Notes under the pieces: model-generated
Database searches by the model: none
What the model saw: the letters and a program-made list of their open reading frames with translations, nothing else
What the model was told of the DNA's origin: nothing
Program-made: the position numbers and the translations under genes
Shown: one piece after another, positions 30,582-42,900 of the stretch
How the letters are laid out: each line of letters starts with the position of its first letter
How positions within the stretch are numbered: position 1 is the first letter of the stretch
Source of the DNA: Haliotis cracherodii
Taxonomy: Eukaryota
Assembly: GCF_022045235.1 (NCBI RefSeq)
Contig: NW_027266275.1
Location: 79,608,001-79,672,000 of the forward strand
Direction of reading: 5' to 3'
DNA length: 64,000 nucleotides

Positions 30582-30872
30582 GGGGGCACGGGTGGCCCAG
30601 TCGTCTAAGGCGCCGTGATTAGCTGTGCAGAGTTGCGTCCCTTGGGCACGCCAGAAACCTATGATTGTGGGTTCGAATCCCGGTTTGCCCCGATAATGTT
30701 TCTAGGTTTGTCAGCACCATACCCGTGCTCGTGGGTTTCACCGAAGTGATAAATATCTGAGACCTGCATCACTTCGGGCTTTCCTCCAACATTAAGCTGA
30801 CAGAGCCATGATATAATTGGAAAACTGTTAAAAGCGGCGTTAAACAAAATTCACTCACTCACTCACTCGCTC
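30582..30872 (+). mobile_element. tRNA(Leu/Ser-like)-headed SINE S3
   Basis: gtggcccagtcgtctaaggcgc...gtgggttcgaatccc head and (ACTC)n tail; copies at 61741-62010 and a fragment at ~26760-26852. Confidence 0.85.
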
Positions 30873-30974
30873 ACTGTATGCAGGCAACATTCCCATGACA
30901 GCACAGCAACGACAACGTTTTCAACAACATGGCAAACTAATGCATATGTTGATGAAAACGAAAGTCTACCAGTT

Positions 30975-31250
30975 GTGTCTCTGGACATCATGAACAGTGA
31001 GCCGATCCCCAAAGCTATGTCTTCTTCGCATGGCAGTAGAAGTAGCAGCAGCAAGCAAAGTTCATCATGCTCGTTTTGCTTTGGCAACGACTTACCTCCA
31101 AGTGAAGTGGTGTTTTTCTCCCAAGTGATTCTTGTATATGGAATGGTTGTCATGAGTATGATCTAGTTGGCTTTGGAACACAGTGAGAAACAGTTGTAGA
31201 CAACCTTGTTGGCCAGCTGCCCGGGATATTGGTACCTTCTATGCCATCAG
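30975..31250 (+). pseudogene. Polinton/adintovirus small membrane protein, decayed
   Basis: FGNDLPPSEVVFFSQVILVYGMVVMSMI*LALEHSEKQL*TTLLASC.GY resembles the family motif SEIVFFxQxILIYxVV...NL...LWTxLLSSCLGY (from memory); in-frame stops. Confidence 0.7.
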
Positions 31251-31372
31251 CCACAACAGCCACAACAGCCACAACAGCATGGACCACTCCTTCCCCTACC
31301 TCCTCCGTGTCCAGTCTAGTCCTCTTTGGGTATCTCAGGATGTCTGTGATAAATGCGCTGTTTTCCTAATGG

Positions 31373-32360
31373 GACTTTTATGTGGCATTGCCCAGTGATG
31401 CTCACCCTCAAAACAGTATGAATCGTTATGTAATCAAACTACCCTTTCCCATCCAAGTGAATCGTCAGCAGTGGGAAGTGGGCGTGTGTGAACTTCATTT
31501 TCCAACACACGTTACAATGTGGCTTACCCCTTCAACTGGTTTGTCCTTGAAACTACCAGGATTGAAAGTTCAACTACCCTTAATTCTACCGTGACAGAAC
31601 AGAACCCAGGCATCTCCAGAGAGACCACCAAAAAGATCATTATTCCAGAAGGGGTTTATTCCTGTCCCGAACTTGATCCAAAGACATATTGCTTCAACAA
31701 ACCTGCACACACCTTTTGCAGAAGTATACAGCTGATGTTTACCAAGCAGATAGTAGAGGGCGTTACAATTCTCTGTGAACTATCCCAAAGAGCAACGCCA
31801 ATTTGAAACGCATGGAAAAAACGCATGTGAACCTTCATGCTCCCTCCCCCGAAAGTCATGTGTAGGACTTTGATTGGTGACCTCTGCAGAACAGACAAGC
31901 AATCAGATCATAATGCAATATTCAGCATACACCACGCACCTGGTGTTACCAGCTCCATAGGTATGCATAGTGGAATTCGTTCAGCTACCCATGGTCCACG
32001 CAGAACACTAAGTGAGCCAGATCTCAGCTGAGCCTGTCTAGGTGGACGTTTTCTGACCAGCCTCCATGTCGTAGGTGAGCAGCAGGTAGACCATCTAGCT
32101 GGTTTTGATTCTGTCTATATCTACTCGGATGTGGTGGCAGATCAAATCGTAGGGCACACCGTGACCTCTTAGCTCATGTATGTTTCGGTGTCCCATCAGA
32201 TGATGGAAGACAGTGTCGTGACCAAAACGGCCTATGCTACATGGGATTGCGTCAGGGAACCACGGATGCGTTCAAGATCTATTTAAGGATAATGCAGGGC
32301 ATCCCAGGTCATTCCAGAGCGGGAAGACCATCATGACAATTTATTTCGGTCCACATCGTA
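31373..32360 (+). pseudogene. Polinton/adintovirus minor capsid (penton) protein, decayed
   Basis: N-terminal DFYVALPSD..PQNS...YVIKLP..I.....WEVGVCELHFP; C-terminal SVYIYSDVVADQIVG and KDNAGHPRSFQSGKTIMTIYF. Confidence 0.85.
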
Positions 32361-32362
32361 AC

Positions 32363-32601
32363 ATGGTGGGACACCAGTTTATCACACACCTCTATGCCAC
32401 TGGTTTTGGTGGATAACAGCGAGGGAAAACCATCAAAGAGGGAGAAGGCTGGGAAAGATCAGCACTGTCCATACTCAAGAAAGTAGGAAAATCTGCACTC
32501 AAAGCAGGAGCATGCATGTTGCCTGGACTAGTGGAAGATATCAGTTCTGGACATAGAAGTATCAGTTTGAAACACCAACAGGAAACAGGCATTACTCATT
32601 G
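32363..32601 (+). pseudogene. Polinton/adintovirus basic core-like protein, decayed
   Basis: GFGG*QRG...RSALSILKKVGKSALKAG.....LVEDISSG; lies between penton and major capsid as expected. Confidence 0.6.
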
Positions 32602-33199
32602 AGACAACATAAACCTGGGCCAGCAGCAGCTCGCTACAGAAGCATCAAACGTGCTCCCTCTTGTATCACCAAGGAACTCAAACAAAGTCCTACTACTGCC
32701 TCGTTTTGAAAGATGTGGTCATTTGTTAGCAAGCCGTTTTACAGTGCTGCCGTGTTCACACACGTGTGTGGCATCTTGACTTGAATATGGATATGAATGC
32801 AATTACACAATACCAACATGCCCCTGATGCCGAGTGGATTTCTGAAAAGGTGAGAGAGCAAGCAGGAGAAAACAAACACTTTATGGATACATTCTGGATA
32901 CACCGTCTGCCCCTTCTTACACCTTGAATAATCCTTCAAACCAAGAATATGATCATTTGTAACATCTGAGGTCTTTCCAAACTTGGCTTAAAAAATTACA
33001 TGTCCAGAAGCGGAATGGGCTCAGTTCAACACCAGACACGATGCTGCAAGATGAGTTGCCCCTGTTCTGTCCCGCCTGTGGTCACCCCAGTACAAGATCA
33101 GTGGTTCGTTACAGTCGTCTTGCACCACCCTTGGTCGCTGTCCTCTTCAATGTTTAACGTGTCTGTCTGAAAGTCAAGCATACAAATGGTACAGATGTG

Positions 33200-33930
33200 A
33201 CACATGATGGTGATGATGGAATAAACATGTCCACGGTGAACAACATTCCCTCTTTCAAAAGGTATGTGTGCAAGTGGGTCACAACCAGTTGGAAATTACT
33301 CCCTCTATGGAAACTACGTATACCAAGCATATTTGGAAACGTTGCTGAGTTATGGGGATGCAGTCAAATCGACAAATCTTCTTCCGAGGATGGAACACAG
33401 ATGAAGCTGGAAAAATGGATCAATATGATGCTGTAGCCCAGAATGCCAAAACAGGTCTAGTAGCACGTCAGGTCATTCTAATCACCCAAGAAGTGGAACT
33501 GACAGGCTGCCAACATTGTGACTTATTTCTTCATGAACGTTATTTGGTGGATGGGGTCCACATGAGATTAGAATTGATTCGCAGACCCATTGATTTCTAC
33601 TTGATCAGTGCTGGAGATGTCAGTTGCTGATTGTTTTATGAATGTCAAGTGAACATTGATCCTGCCATATGGGAACAACATATGAAACACATGTCAACAG
33701 GAGTGACGGCTAAATACCCTTTGACCCGAGTCCAATTCACAGCCCATGACATCCCTGGAGGAGGGTGCGATTTCCACAAAGATCAAATGATTAGAGACCA
33801 GCTGCACAAACAGGTGGTCCTGGGACTGGTGGACAACGAAGACTCACTTGGCAGGAACTCTCCTTAATTGAAGTCAAAAGTGACTTTGAAGACAACAGTA
33901 CAGCGCTCAAGCAACTTTAAATGAACCTGT
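33200..33930 (+). pseudogene. Polinton/adintovirus major capsid (double jelly-roll) protein, decayed
   Basis: YVYQAYLETLLSYGDAVKSTNL; W.TDEAGKMD; ELTG.QHCDLFLHERYLVDGVHMRLELIR; TAKYPLTRV....DIPGG......D......QL.KQVVLGLVDN; frameshifts and stops. Confidence 0.88.
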
Positions 33931-33984
33931 TCAGAAATAGCTACACTATGTGGGTCGTGGATCTGATTGCTGATCTCGGTGCCG

Positions 33985-34120
33985 TCGAACTTTATTCCAG
34001 CAATATCACAGCGGGGGACACAAGAAATAGGCTTCACACATTGTACCCATGTCGGGAATCGAACCCAGGTCTTCGGCGTAACGAGCGAACGCTTTAACCA
34101 CTAGGCTACACGACCGCCCC
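33985..34120 (-). mobile_element. tRNA-derived SINE S2
   Basis: Family match. Confidence 0.9.
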
Positions 34121-34439
34121 ACTATCCACATGAGACTTAGACATGCTATGGTTCTCATGTTATGGTTCTCCTATTAAAGTTCTAAGAGTTTGTAAACAAA
34201 ATTCCAGGGACGCCTCTAATCCTTTGACTTTTGTTTAGTTTTCGTGTTTGCAGGGAAATACATACTGAAACATGATGACATTTTGTTTGTTTGAAATGAT
34301 GAAAGTGTTCTTTTGGGAGAGATGAAAATGACTGTTGCGTTGTGAAACTAGCTCAGGTCTCAGAAGGGGAAAATACAAGTTTGTTTTGGTTACCGTTACC
34401 AGGAGAACGTAGTAAGAGGAGAATCTGTGCAATGGATGG

Positions 34440-34850
34440 CGTCAAATGTACCACTGTTCCCTATCGATCTATTGAACCACACCTGACACACTAAGACGAA
34501 ACAACAACTTAGAAGGATTCCATTCCCGTCTCAACAAATCCCTGTCCTATCATCGCACGAATCAATGTGTACCAAACAATCCAGATTGTGCTATGGGCCT
34601 GAGGCCTTTCAGTATGGAATAAACTTATCCTACAACTACGAAGGATTCCATTCCCGACTGCCATCACCAGTTCCATTGAGAGGTGTGACCGTGCCAAACT
34701 GAGGCAGATTGATTTTGGAGCAGCCCCACCCCCCGAGGAAGCGAGTCTATAGCGAGAACAAGCAGTCTTGTACGACTGAAAGTTCAACTGCAAAGACAAG
34801 AGAAAACTTCTTTGTAGTATCTGGATTCCGTGTGCTACGGTGCTAAACTT
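34440..34850 (+). mobile_element. MULE (Mutator-like) transposase C-terminal relic
   Basis: FPIDL.NH....NNNLEGFHSRLNKS and KLRQIDFGAAPPPRKRVY...YLDSVCY resemble the RTNNxLEGWHxRLN...GxxPPPRKRKY...YLxAV tail of animal MULE transposases. Confidence 0.7.
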
Positions 34851-36249
34851 GGCTGACTTTGTTTTTATACCTTGTCGCATACGGAGAGTGTAAGACAACT
34901 TGAATGCAGAGGTGGTTTGTTTGACGTCGTTAAATTACATGTATGAACGTTATATTATCATGTATGTAGGAAAGTGAATAAAGTGCATTATAGGACATTC
35001 TTATGGCAGTAAAAAGCGGACCAGACCATTAACATGAAGCTAATTAACACCTACCGCCCTGACCACTAGACCATAACTTTTGTTGTTTTAAGATGTAGAT
35101 CTTATGGGATGCTGTTCTTATGACATTGTATAGTGAGTGTTGTCACACTGGTATCAACTAGAAACTTATATTAATAAATATAATTAGAACAAAAAAATGA
35201 CAATAAAACCATAAAAGAGTACCTTTCATTTAATCAAGATTATTTTTTTAATGTTATGCATCGGCAACTTTGAAATCTGGTCTGACTATTGCGTAGATAA
35301 AGGCACAGTGATACCTGAATGAGTCTTCAGTGGATTAACTCTCCGTGTTAGCATCGCGCACGTAAATGTTTCTCGTCACGTTAACTGATATTTTCTGTCA
35401 ACTGTACTGACTAATTTAGCGATTTGAGCAAGCTTTTAAGGGGGTGGATTAGGCGCATTATAACTATGCAAATTATTTTCATTATTATTACTTATTCTAC
35501 AAACCTCTTCATTAATTACAACAGCGTTATGGTGAGTGAGTGAGTGAGTGGATGGTGTTTTATGTCCGCTTTAAGCAATAATCCAAACAATATAGACCAA
35601 TAGTTGGCTTCACGCATTGCACCCTAGAATGGAAAGTGGATCTTTGCTAATAAAATCAGTCATTTGATATTCTGGTCCAGGTCCGAGTTTTTACTGGCCG
35701 CCGTTGTATAGCTGGAATAATGGTGAGTGCAGCGTTAACAACAAACAAACAAGTTGACACAAACTCACAACGAGTTGAAACAAACACACAAGCAGAAACT
35801 TGCAATATTTGAATTTTGGAAGCTTAATTGTCATCATCATTAAATTATTCTTGGTAATGTTGTAAGAAAACAATCACTTCAACTTAGGCATAATAAAATA
35901 TTAAGTGCTTATTAATATTGCTGAGAAAGTGAAATTCCGTTACACCGTTACGCCGAAGTCTGCAAGTGCTAAAACCGTGAAATAATAGGCGAACAGTTAG
36001 GAAAAAACACCAACGTTTCAAGCGTTGAGTTTCAGTATTTTATTACCAATATATCAGATTCCAAACAGGATGAGTCTGAATAGGGGCTAAATACTAAGGA
36101 GATAACAACATGGTGTGGTGGTCTTATTCTTCACTGAAAACAGGATGTATGTTTCTAACAACACACATTTGAAAAAAAATGGATTAAATTTAGTCTTGTG
36201 AACTTTAATTATCTATTTTCACATTTAAACATTTTACCTAAAGCTTACG

Positions 36250-36700
36250 TTAGCAAAGGTTTTTATGTTCTGATTTATCACCCCGACTCATATAAACATT
36301 TAGGCTTGAACTGTTACATTGTTTGAATTTCTTCGGAAGATGAAGGTAAGTTTCTTAACCAGAGTTATCGTTCTTGCCAACTCTCTAGGCTGTATCGGTA
36401 AGAATAAATACATACGCCATTTTGTTGACGGGGAACCTGTTCAAACTAGTGAGATGTTTTAGAGATTATTTACATATTTTTCTAATTTGGGTGATGTTTT
36501 GTTTCATACACGCCATGCCTAAAATTCATCTTGGTTTTTCCTAACACAATAACGATTTCTTAAATTAGGGCATGGCGAAATACGTGATGTTTTGATACTT
36601 ACATTCTGCAATTACATGTAAATTACAAAAAATCATTGTGACCATGCGGCATCTGAAACCGATATCCAATTCTGACATGGCGCTGTGAGATATATCTTGG
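36250..36700 (+). promoter_or_regulatory. Candidate promoter and first exon of the hnRNP U-like gene
   Basis: Strong donor aag|gtaagt at 36345/36346; YY1-type motifs cgccatttt (~36415) and acatggcg (~36675); local CpG retention. Confidence 0.5.
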
Positions 36701-36964
36701 TTGACGAAACAAAACTTCGCCCACATCTAATGAATGACTGAAAAGGAAAAAACACAAGTTTGAGAGAAACTGGTACAAGAGGAATATTATTCACCAGGGA
36801 TTGTTCGATCGGAATATCCCATAACTACCATGAGTTTTGTTTTGCACATAAACATAATTGCTCGAGAAAACCTATTCTAGGGAGGTAGAAAAAACATACA
36901 TTGAATTTTTGTCAATTTCCAATAACCATATGCACATATACATTAATAGCTAAGTCGTTTTATT

Positions 36965-38010
36965 TTTAAATGTACTCTTCTTACAAACTTGTTTGGACTA
37001 AGGCACTAAATACTCTTGCTGCACAGAGTAACAAGGCCATTATGACATTATATAGATATCAAAAGAAAGTTGGTAATATACCCTGTCAAGATTTATTTAA
37101 GATACTTGATGCTATGATTGTGCCTATTGTCTGTCACGGAGGAGAAATATGGGGCATCTCATATTGTAAAATTATTGAAGCTGTACACAACAAAATGTGT
37201 AAATGGTTTCTAAATACAGGTAAAACAACAAACAATGCAATGGTTTTAGGAGAGTGCGGAAGAGCCCCTCTCCAACTTGTGTATACCACAAGGGCCATCA
37301 AGTATTGGTGCAGGCTACTGTGTTTGGACGAGCGCAGACTGCCTCGCCAATGTTATTTAATGCTCAAATCACTGGACCATTCAGGTCGCACCACATGGGC
37401 TACTCACATTAAGAATATTTTGTTTAAATTAGGTTTTGGATAGGTATTTATTCATCTTTTTAAGGAAAGATTATTGATAACCTTCAACAATCATGGTGTA
37501 GTTCTATCAATAGTATATCTGATACCTTTTATTATAAACATTTTAATTCCCTGTTAAATGTAGAAAAATATCTTACACTCCCCATACCAGTACATCTGAG
37601 AATATGTATGACTCGTTTCAGATGTAGCAAGTTTAAACTTGCAATTGACTTGGGGAGATACACAAATGTCCCATACACTGAACGATTATGTAAATATTGT
37701 ATAGAAAATGGTATATCTTTTATTGAAGATGAATTTCATGTTTTACTTGTATGTGAGCGTTATTCAGCCCTAAGAAATATGTATCTTAAACAGTATATCA
37801 AGTTTCAAACTGTAACATCTTTTACTGAAACTATTTCATCAGAAAACTTTCATGTTGTATATAACACATGTTTATATCTATATAAAGTCCAACGGCTAAG
37901 AGAAACTTAAATTGAGTAGTTCCTTGGCATGCGTAGTTCATGCAATCAACCATTGTCTGTATTATGGGCCTATGGCCTTCTTACTGAATAAACTGTCTGT
38001 CTGTCCGTCT
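36965..38010 (+). mobile_element. 5'-truncated LINE, RTE-X-like
   Basis: ORFs 36970-37443 (FKILDAMIVPI.C.G.EIWG...GECGR.P) and 37608-37910 (TRFR.S...LAI..GRY...ERLC..C...EDEFH.LL.C..Y); AATAAA plus (CTGT)n tail. Confidence 0.85.
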
Positions 38011-38217
38011 ATCCGCAGTCCTTCATCAAATGTATCCATTTATGTGTACTCGGTGTACTCTATAGGCACTTGAATAGGTGACTCAAAGTACGAATCACAG
38101 GTTTTCTGGCTCTTTCATTATGTCTCTGTCCAAAACAAACTGGAAATATCAGGGATTTATCTAGATCTTATCAAAGGCATTGAGGGCACTTAGTTTGGTA
38201 TGCTTAGATAACTACCT

Positions 38218-38719
38218 GGGGAGCAGGTCAAAACAGCATAAAAGGGTAAAGTCAAAATGACCACAGAAAAAAGTCAAAACGACCACAACCTATAGTCAAA
38301 ACAGCCATCAATTTTCTTTAATAAAGGCCACACTGAAAAATAAAGATTACATCTCAATAATTGTGTCACAATCAAAACAGTGGAAGCTTTTCTCAACTGA
38401 TTCAAATTCATCTCTAAAATAATCTCAAACTGGCTGAAGGTAGGCTTGTTATATCTGTATATAACAAGATGCATGTTGATAACTTAGATCTCTGTTCTGC
38501 ATGCAAGTCTTTAATAAGTGTATTATAATATGTGATTGCCACAAGCTATAGGTGATTGATAACTCATCTCTCAATTCTCATGGATCTAATAATGCCTTTG
38601 TAGATATATAGTACCACCCAAAAATGCAAAATTATTTTCATGGCCATTCTGACTTTTTTCTTGTTAAAACTTTTCTGTGTGGCCATCTTGACTTTAGAGG
38701 CCTTTTTGACTACAACCCA
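38218..38719. mobile_element. Possible MITE with subterminal gtcaaaa(t/c)gaccac repeats
   Basis: Motif is repeated at the left end and in reverse complement at the right end. Confidence 0.45.
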
Positions 38720-39643
38720 CTCGCTGCACGTTGTACGCATAGTTTGCTTTCGTTATCACTACACATTGTCTAGATAATAATTTATCTTCATGCAGAAGGG
38801 AAATGTGTGTATGAAAATATTTAACTTTTTGCAAACATTCCAAAATAATTCTCTGCTTGAGATTTCAAAACAAAACATGCAGCACTTCCATGCTTCAAGG
38901 CAGAAACAAAGAAAACTGTTTACTCTATTAGTTTCTGGTACACTCTACTTCACAATAACACATAGTATCACTTTTGGGGTGGAGGGTCAACATTTGCATT
39001 AATTTGGTGATGCATTTTAAGGTGGGGGTCGTCGATCTTTGTCTTAGTTTGATGATGCATTTATTTCAATGCACATTCAATGTACAACTATTGGAGAAAA
39101 AAAAACAACCAACATACAATGGAGAGTTTTACTAATTTGAAAAAATTGCATGACTGAAAGCACCAAAACTATCATCTTTAGTCCACTAGTCCTTATAATG
39201 GTAACATATGGCAAAACCCTTTAAAATGGCAAATTTCTACTCGTCCTTATGATACCTTAACTATTGGTCACTTTGGTAAGGACTACAGGACTAACGCTGC
39301 AAAGGAGGCTAATTATATATAGCCAGAGCTTTGGCCAGGGATAATTCTAGGGTGGGGCCTTGTGCTTTTAGCCCCTAAATTTGGAAAAAGGCCCACATTT
39401 TCAAATACAATGGGGCATTTTAACATAGTTCTGTATAGGCAAGTGTGGGTGTACCTCTGGACTATTTGAAATATTCACATTTATGGCCCATGTCAGAAAA
39501 TTCCTGATGTGAACATTGTTTGGGTCATTATTCAGTCATTTTTCAAATTAAATGACCATTTTAAATAATTTGATGGCTCAGTATTAATAATGTTTTACTT
39601 CTTTTCAGTGTAGTGATGTTGTAGAAGAAACAAATACTTAAGT

Positions 39644-39924
39644 ATGAATCAGTATCCTGGGTTTGTCCCCATGATGATGCCCCAGCACTTCATGGTGGCG
39701 ATGCCAGGGATGCCCCTCCAGGGTATCCAGACCCCACATCCAGGTATCCCGCAGATGATACCCCCCGGTGTTGCTGTAGCCCATGCAGGGGGCATGGCGC
39801 CAGTGTCTACTACCATGGCTCAGGGCATCCCCCTTGCTGCGGCCAGACAAGCACCACCAGGTCTCAATGCTCTTGCTGCCTTACCAGACCAGAGACAGTT
39901 TGTTGATGCCAGGGCTAACCATGG
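39644..39924 (+). CDS. HNRNPUL1: hnRNP U-like first coding exon (Met/Pro/Gly-rich)
   Basis: Acceptor ttttcag at 39608, ATG 39644, donor gg|gtaagt; phase 2 matches the next exon. Confidence 0.8.
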
Positions 39925-42900
39925 GTAAGTATAAGTTAATTTGCCCAAAGAAATAAACCATGTACAATTTTTTGTGAACAGATTTTGAGATTAACATCAA
40001 AAAGGCCAAAAAGAAGTGTTGTGGTTCCGATGATCCAACCAACCCTATTTTAAGGTTAAACTCTAAAATAATATTTCTGTTGTACCCCGTAGGTGACAAA
40101 AGACAGTGCACCTGAAAATATATTCCAATCAGTACTAAGTTTAACATGTTTAAAGTAGTTCTCCAACATATTTGCAGGTTTTTGAAGAAATAATAGCCTA
40201 CCTAGCCTATTTTAAGATTAGTAATAATAGGACCTGCAACATTATTTTATTAGGCCTGATAGTAATCCTGATGGTTTGCAAATTCTTATAACCACAAGGA
40301 AGACTCTTTCTCAATGAAGTTGATTATTGTATAGTATTATAGTATTATATGTGATAACAAGTCTTGTATTACTAGCCAGGTATTTTCATACTGAACATGA
40401 TATTTAGACACTTAACATTTGTGTTACATGTATCAATGTTGTCATCACCAGGTTGGCAAATTCATTGGTTGTATCATGCCTACATTCATACGAAGTCATC
40501 TACGAATGTTCACAGGGTTTTATTGGCATATCTATCCTCAGATTTAGAGATAGCAGGGTTTTACCTTTGACTTACCAAACTGGAAATGCAGAGGTCCCCA
40601 AAAAATTTATTTCAAGGGTCCTGTAAAGTAATGAAATTATGTGGTGTAGTGTACTGTAAGATTTGATAATTACCCAACCTCATTTCTCCACAAGAATTGA
40701 GTACCATGGATATTGTGTGCCCCTTGGGATGCAACTTTTTTTTCTCTGCGTCCATTCTCTACATTTGTGTTTACTGGACACATGTTTGTGTGTCGTGTAA
40801 AACCATTAGATGGTATTATATACTTATTACAAAATGTCAAATTTGTTAACTTATCCTGCATTACTCCATGGTAATGTGACCACAGAAGTGATAACGTCAC
40901 ATGTCTGCACTTTCCTCCTTGTCACTGGGATGGCAAGCTGTGTTTTATACACTGCTCCAGCTCATTGTGTTCATCCTGTGTGGTCAGAGGTTATGTATTG
41001 TTTTAAATGTTATTTGTAATTATCTCCTTCTTGTGGTTGGTGTCTACATGTTCTTCTATATACTTTTGAGATAGCATTAATATTTTGCACGTGTTAGTGG
41101 CTTTGTGTTACAGTAATTTTACAGGATGCTTTGTTGTTCCAGTCTGCCATCTTGGTCCGTGGTAATGTTCAATGTGGCATACGTTCTTTATTCTCTATCA
41201 TGGCTTGGTAATGTGCAGATACAAGATGTCCTCACTTCTGTGGGTGCTGTGTGGTGGAAATGTAAAAAATATGTAGATTTTACTACGTTCTTTGAAAGTT
41301 GGAACATATTAGTGTTAAGGAATAGAATTTCCAACTAGGCAATGTGGTAAGCAGTAACTAAGCCTTCTATAGGATTTGACTAGTCCTCATGAATTTTGAG
41401 TAGCCTGTCATGGAGATAACCGGAGTAAAATATTACCATGGTTACAGTTTCCCTGGTCTGGCAGTTCCTGCGATGCCTGTTGAGGACATTGTAGAGGAGG
41501 AGCCACCTATCCCCGCAGAATCAATCACAGTCTTGGATGAATTCAACTCGGACCTCAACCTTGTCATAGACAGTGAAGGGTAAGATTTGCTCAATATGGC
41601 ATAACCTGGAACAACTCATTAACCATAACCTGTAACAATTCATTAACCATAACTTGGTAAACTCTCTAACCATAACCAAGAACAACTCATTGACCATTAC
41701 CCTGAACGACTCATTAACCATAACCTGGAACGACTCATTAACCATAACCTGGAAAAACACATTAACCATGTTAACTGATTAATGTAACTGAATAATGTAA
41801 GTAGTATGTTGAGTTTTTCATCAGTAATGGTCTGAAGCTATTAGCCTAAAGTTTCCTTTCCAGATTGTGAGGTGTCAGAATTTAATTTATTACTTGCCCG
41901 TGAAGAGATCACCCGTTTAATAAACATACAGCTGTATTACACATTGTGTAATACCAAAACGCGTGCTTATGTACTCTCGAAACACGTTTCACGAACAAAT
42001 ATTGAAAGCTCTCAACATCCCTTGGCTTATTCAACGACATTGCGTATGGAGTTGATAGATCACTGAGAGGAGCTTATGCACACTCGATGACCCCAGCAAC
42101 CTTGTTGCTAGGCTGACGTCACATGGCATTGTTTCGCCGATGGATCTTGCAACAAAATTCCACAATTTACGTCATCGGGTATTGTGACGTGATTGTAAAC
42201 TTTGAGGTGCAAGGCCCGTTCCACAAGGCAATCGTATTGTAGCGCAACGACAGTCGTTAGTCTAAGTTAAAGTATGTGAGTTGCGATTAGCCCTACGATA
42301 ATTTTGTGTAATGGACGCCTGAATTCTAAAGGTCGACCTGTGTATGGTATTAGATTCATACGTTTCAACTTTTGATGTGTTTGAAGTATTATTCTGTTAA
42401 ACTCAATTGAACTATGCCGTGGATCATCTAGGTGTCAGCCTATTCATACTCAACAGTATGATTCTAAAAACTTTATAAATGGCAAGTAATAAATAAAATA
42501 CTAAACTCGCTCCCGTGTAAAACCAATTTTATGAAACTCATGAATAGTTCTGGTATCTAACTCGCTTTCGGTCGTCAGATACCACAACTATTCACTTGTT
42601 TCATAAAATTGGTATTACACGGGAGCGAGTTTAGTATTCTATATTTACTATTTTGATCAGTCCAATCTGCCCTGTATATTCATTTGGAATTTCATACATT
42701 TTCTTTATGCCCTTACTGGAATATTTTTGACAAGCATTGCAGTTAAAATTTTGAGGAGGTTGTGACCATGTCAACTTGAATATTTGTGATTGATTTTTGG
42801 GGTAGGTGGGGTTTTGGAAGGAAAATATGATCTGCATTTTATTTGAAAAGAAAACTTTTCCACTAATGTTTGTCTATTGCTGAGGCCAGTGGCACACCTA

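Noticed and set aside
36325-36348. LRKMKV resembling the start of a SAP domain
   Set aside because: There is an upstream in-frame stop, and no downstream exon encodes the rest of a SAP domain.
41872-42066. Similar 64-aa ORF in both family B copies (also 19769-19963)
   Set aside because: Shared because the copies are recent; the starts lie in non-homologous flanks and there is no recognisable motif.
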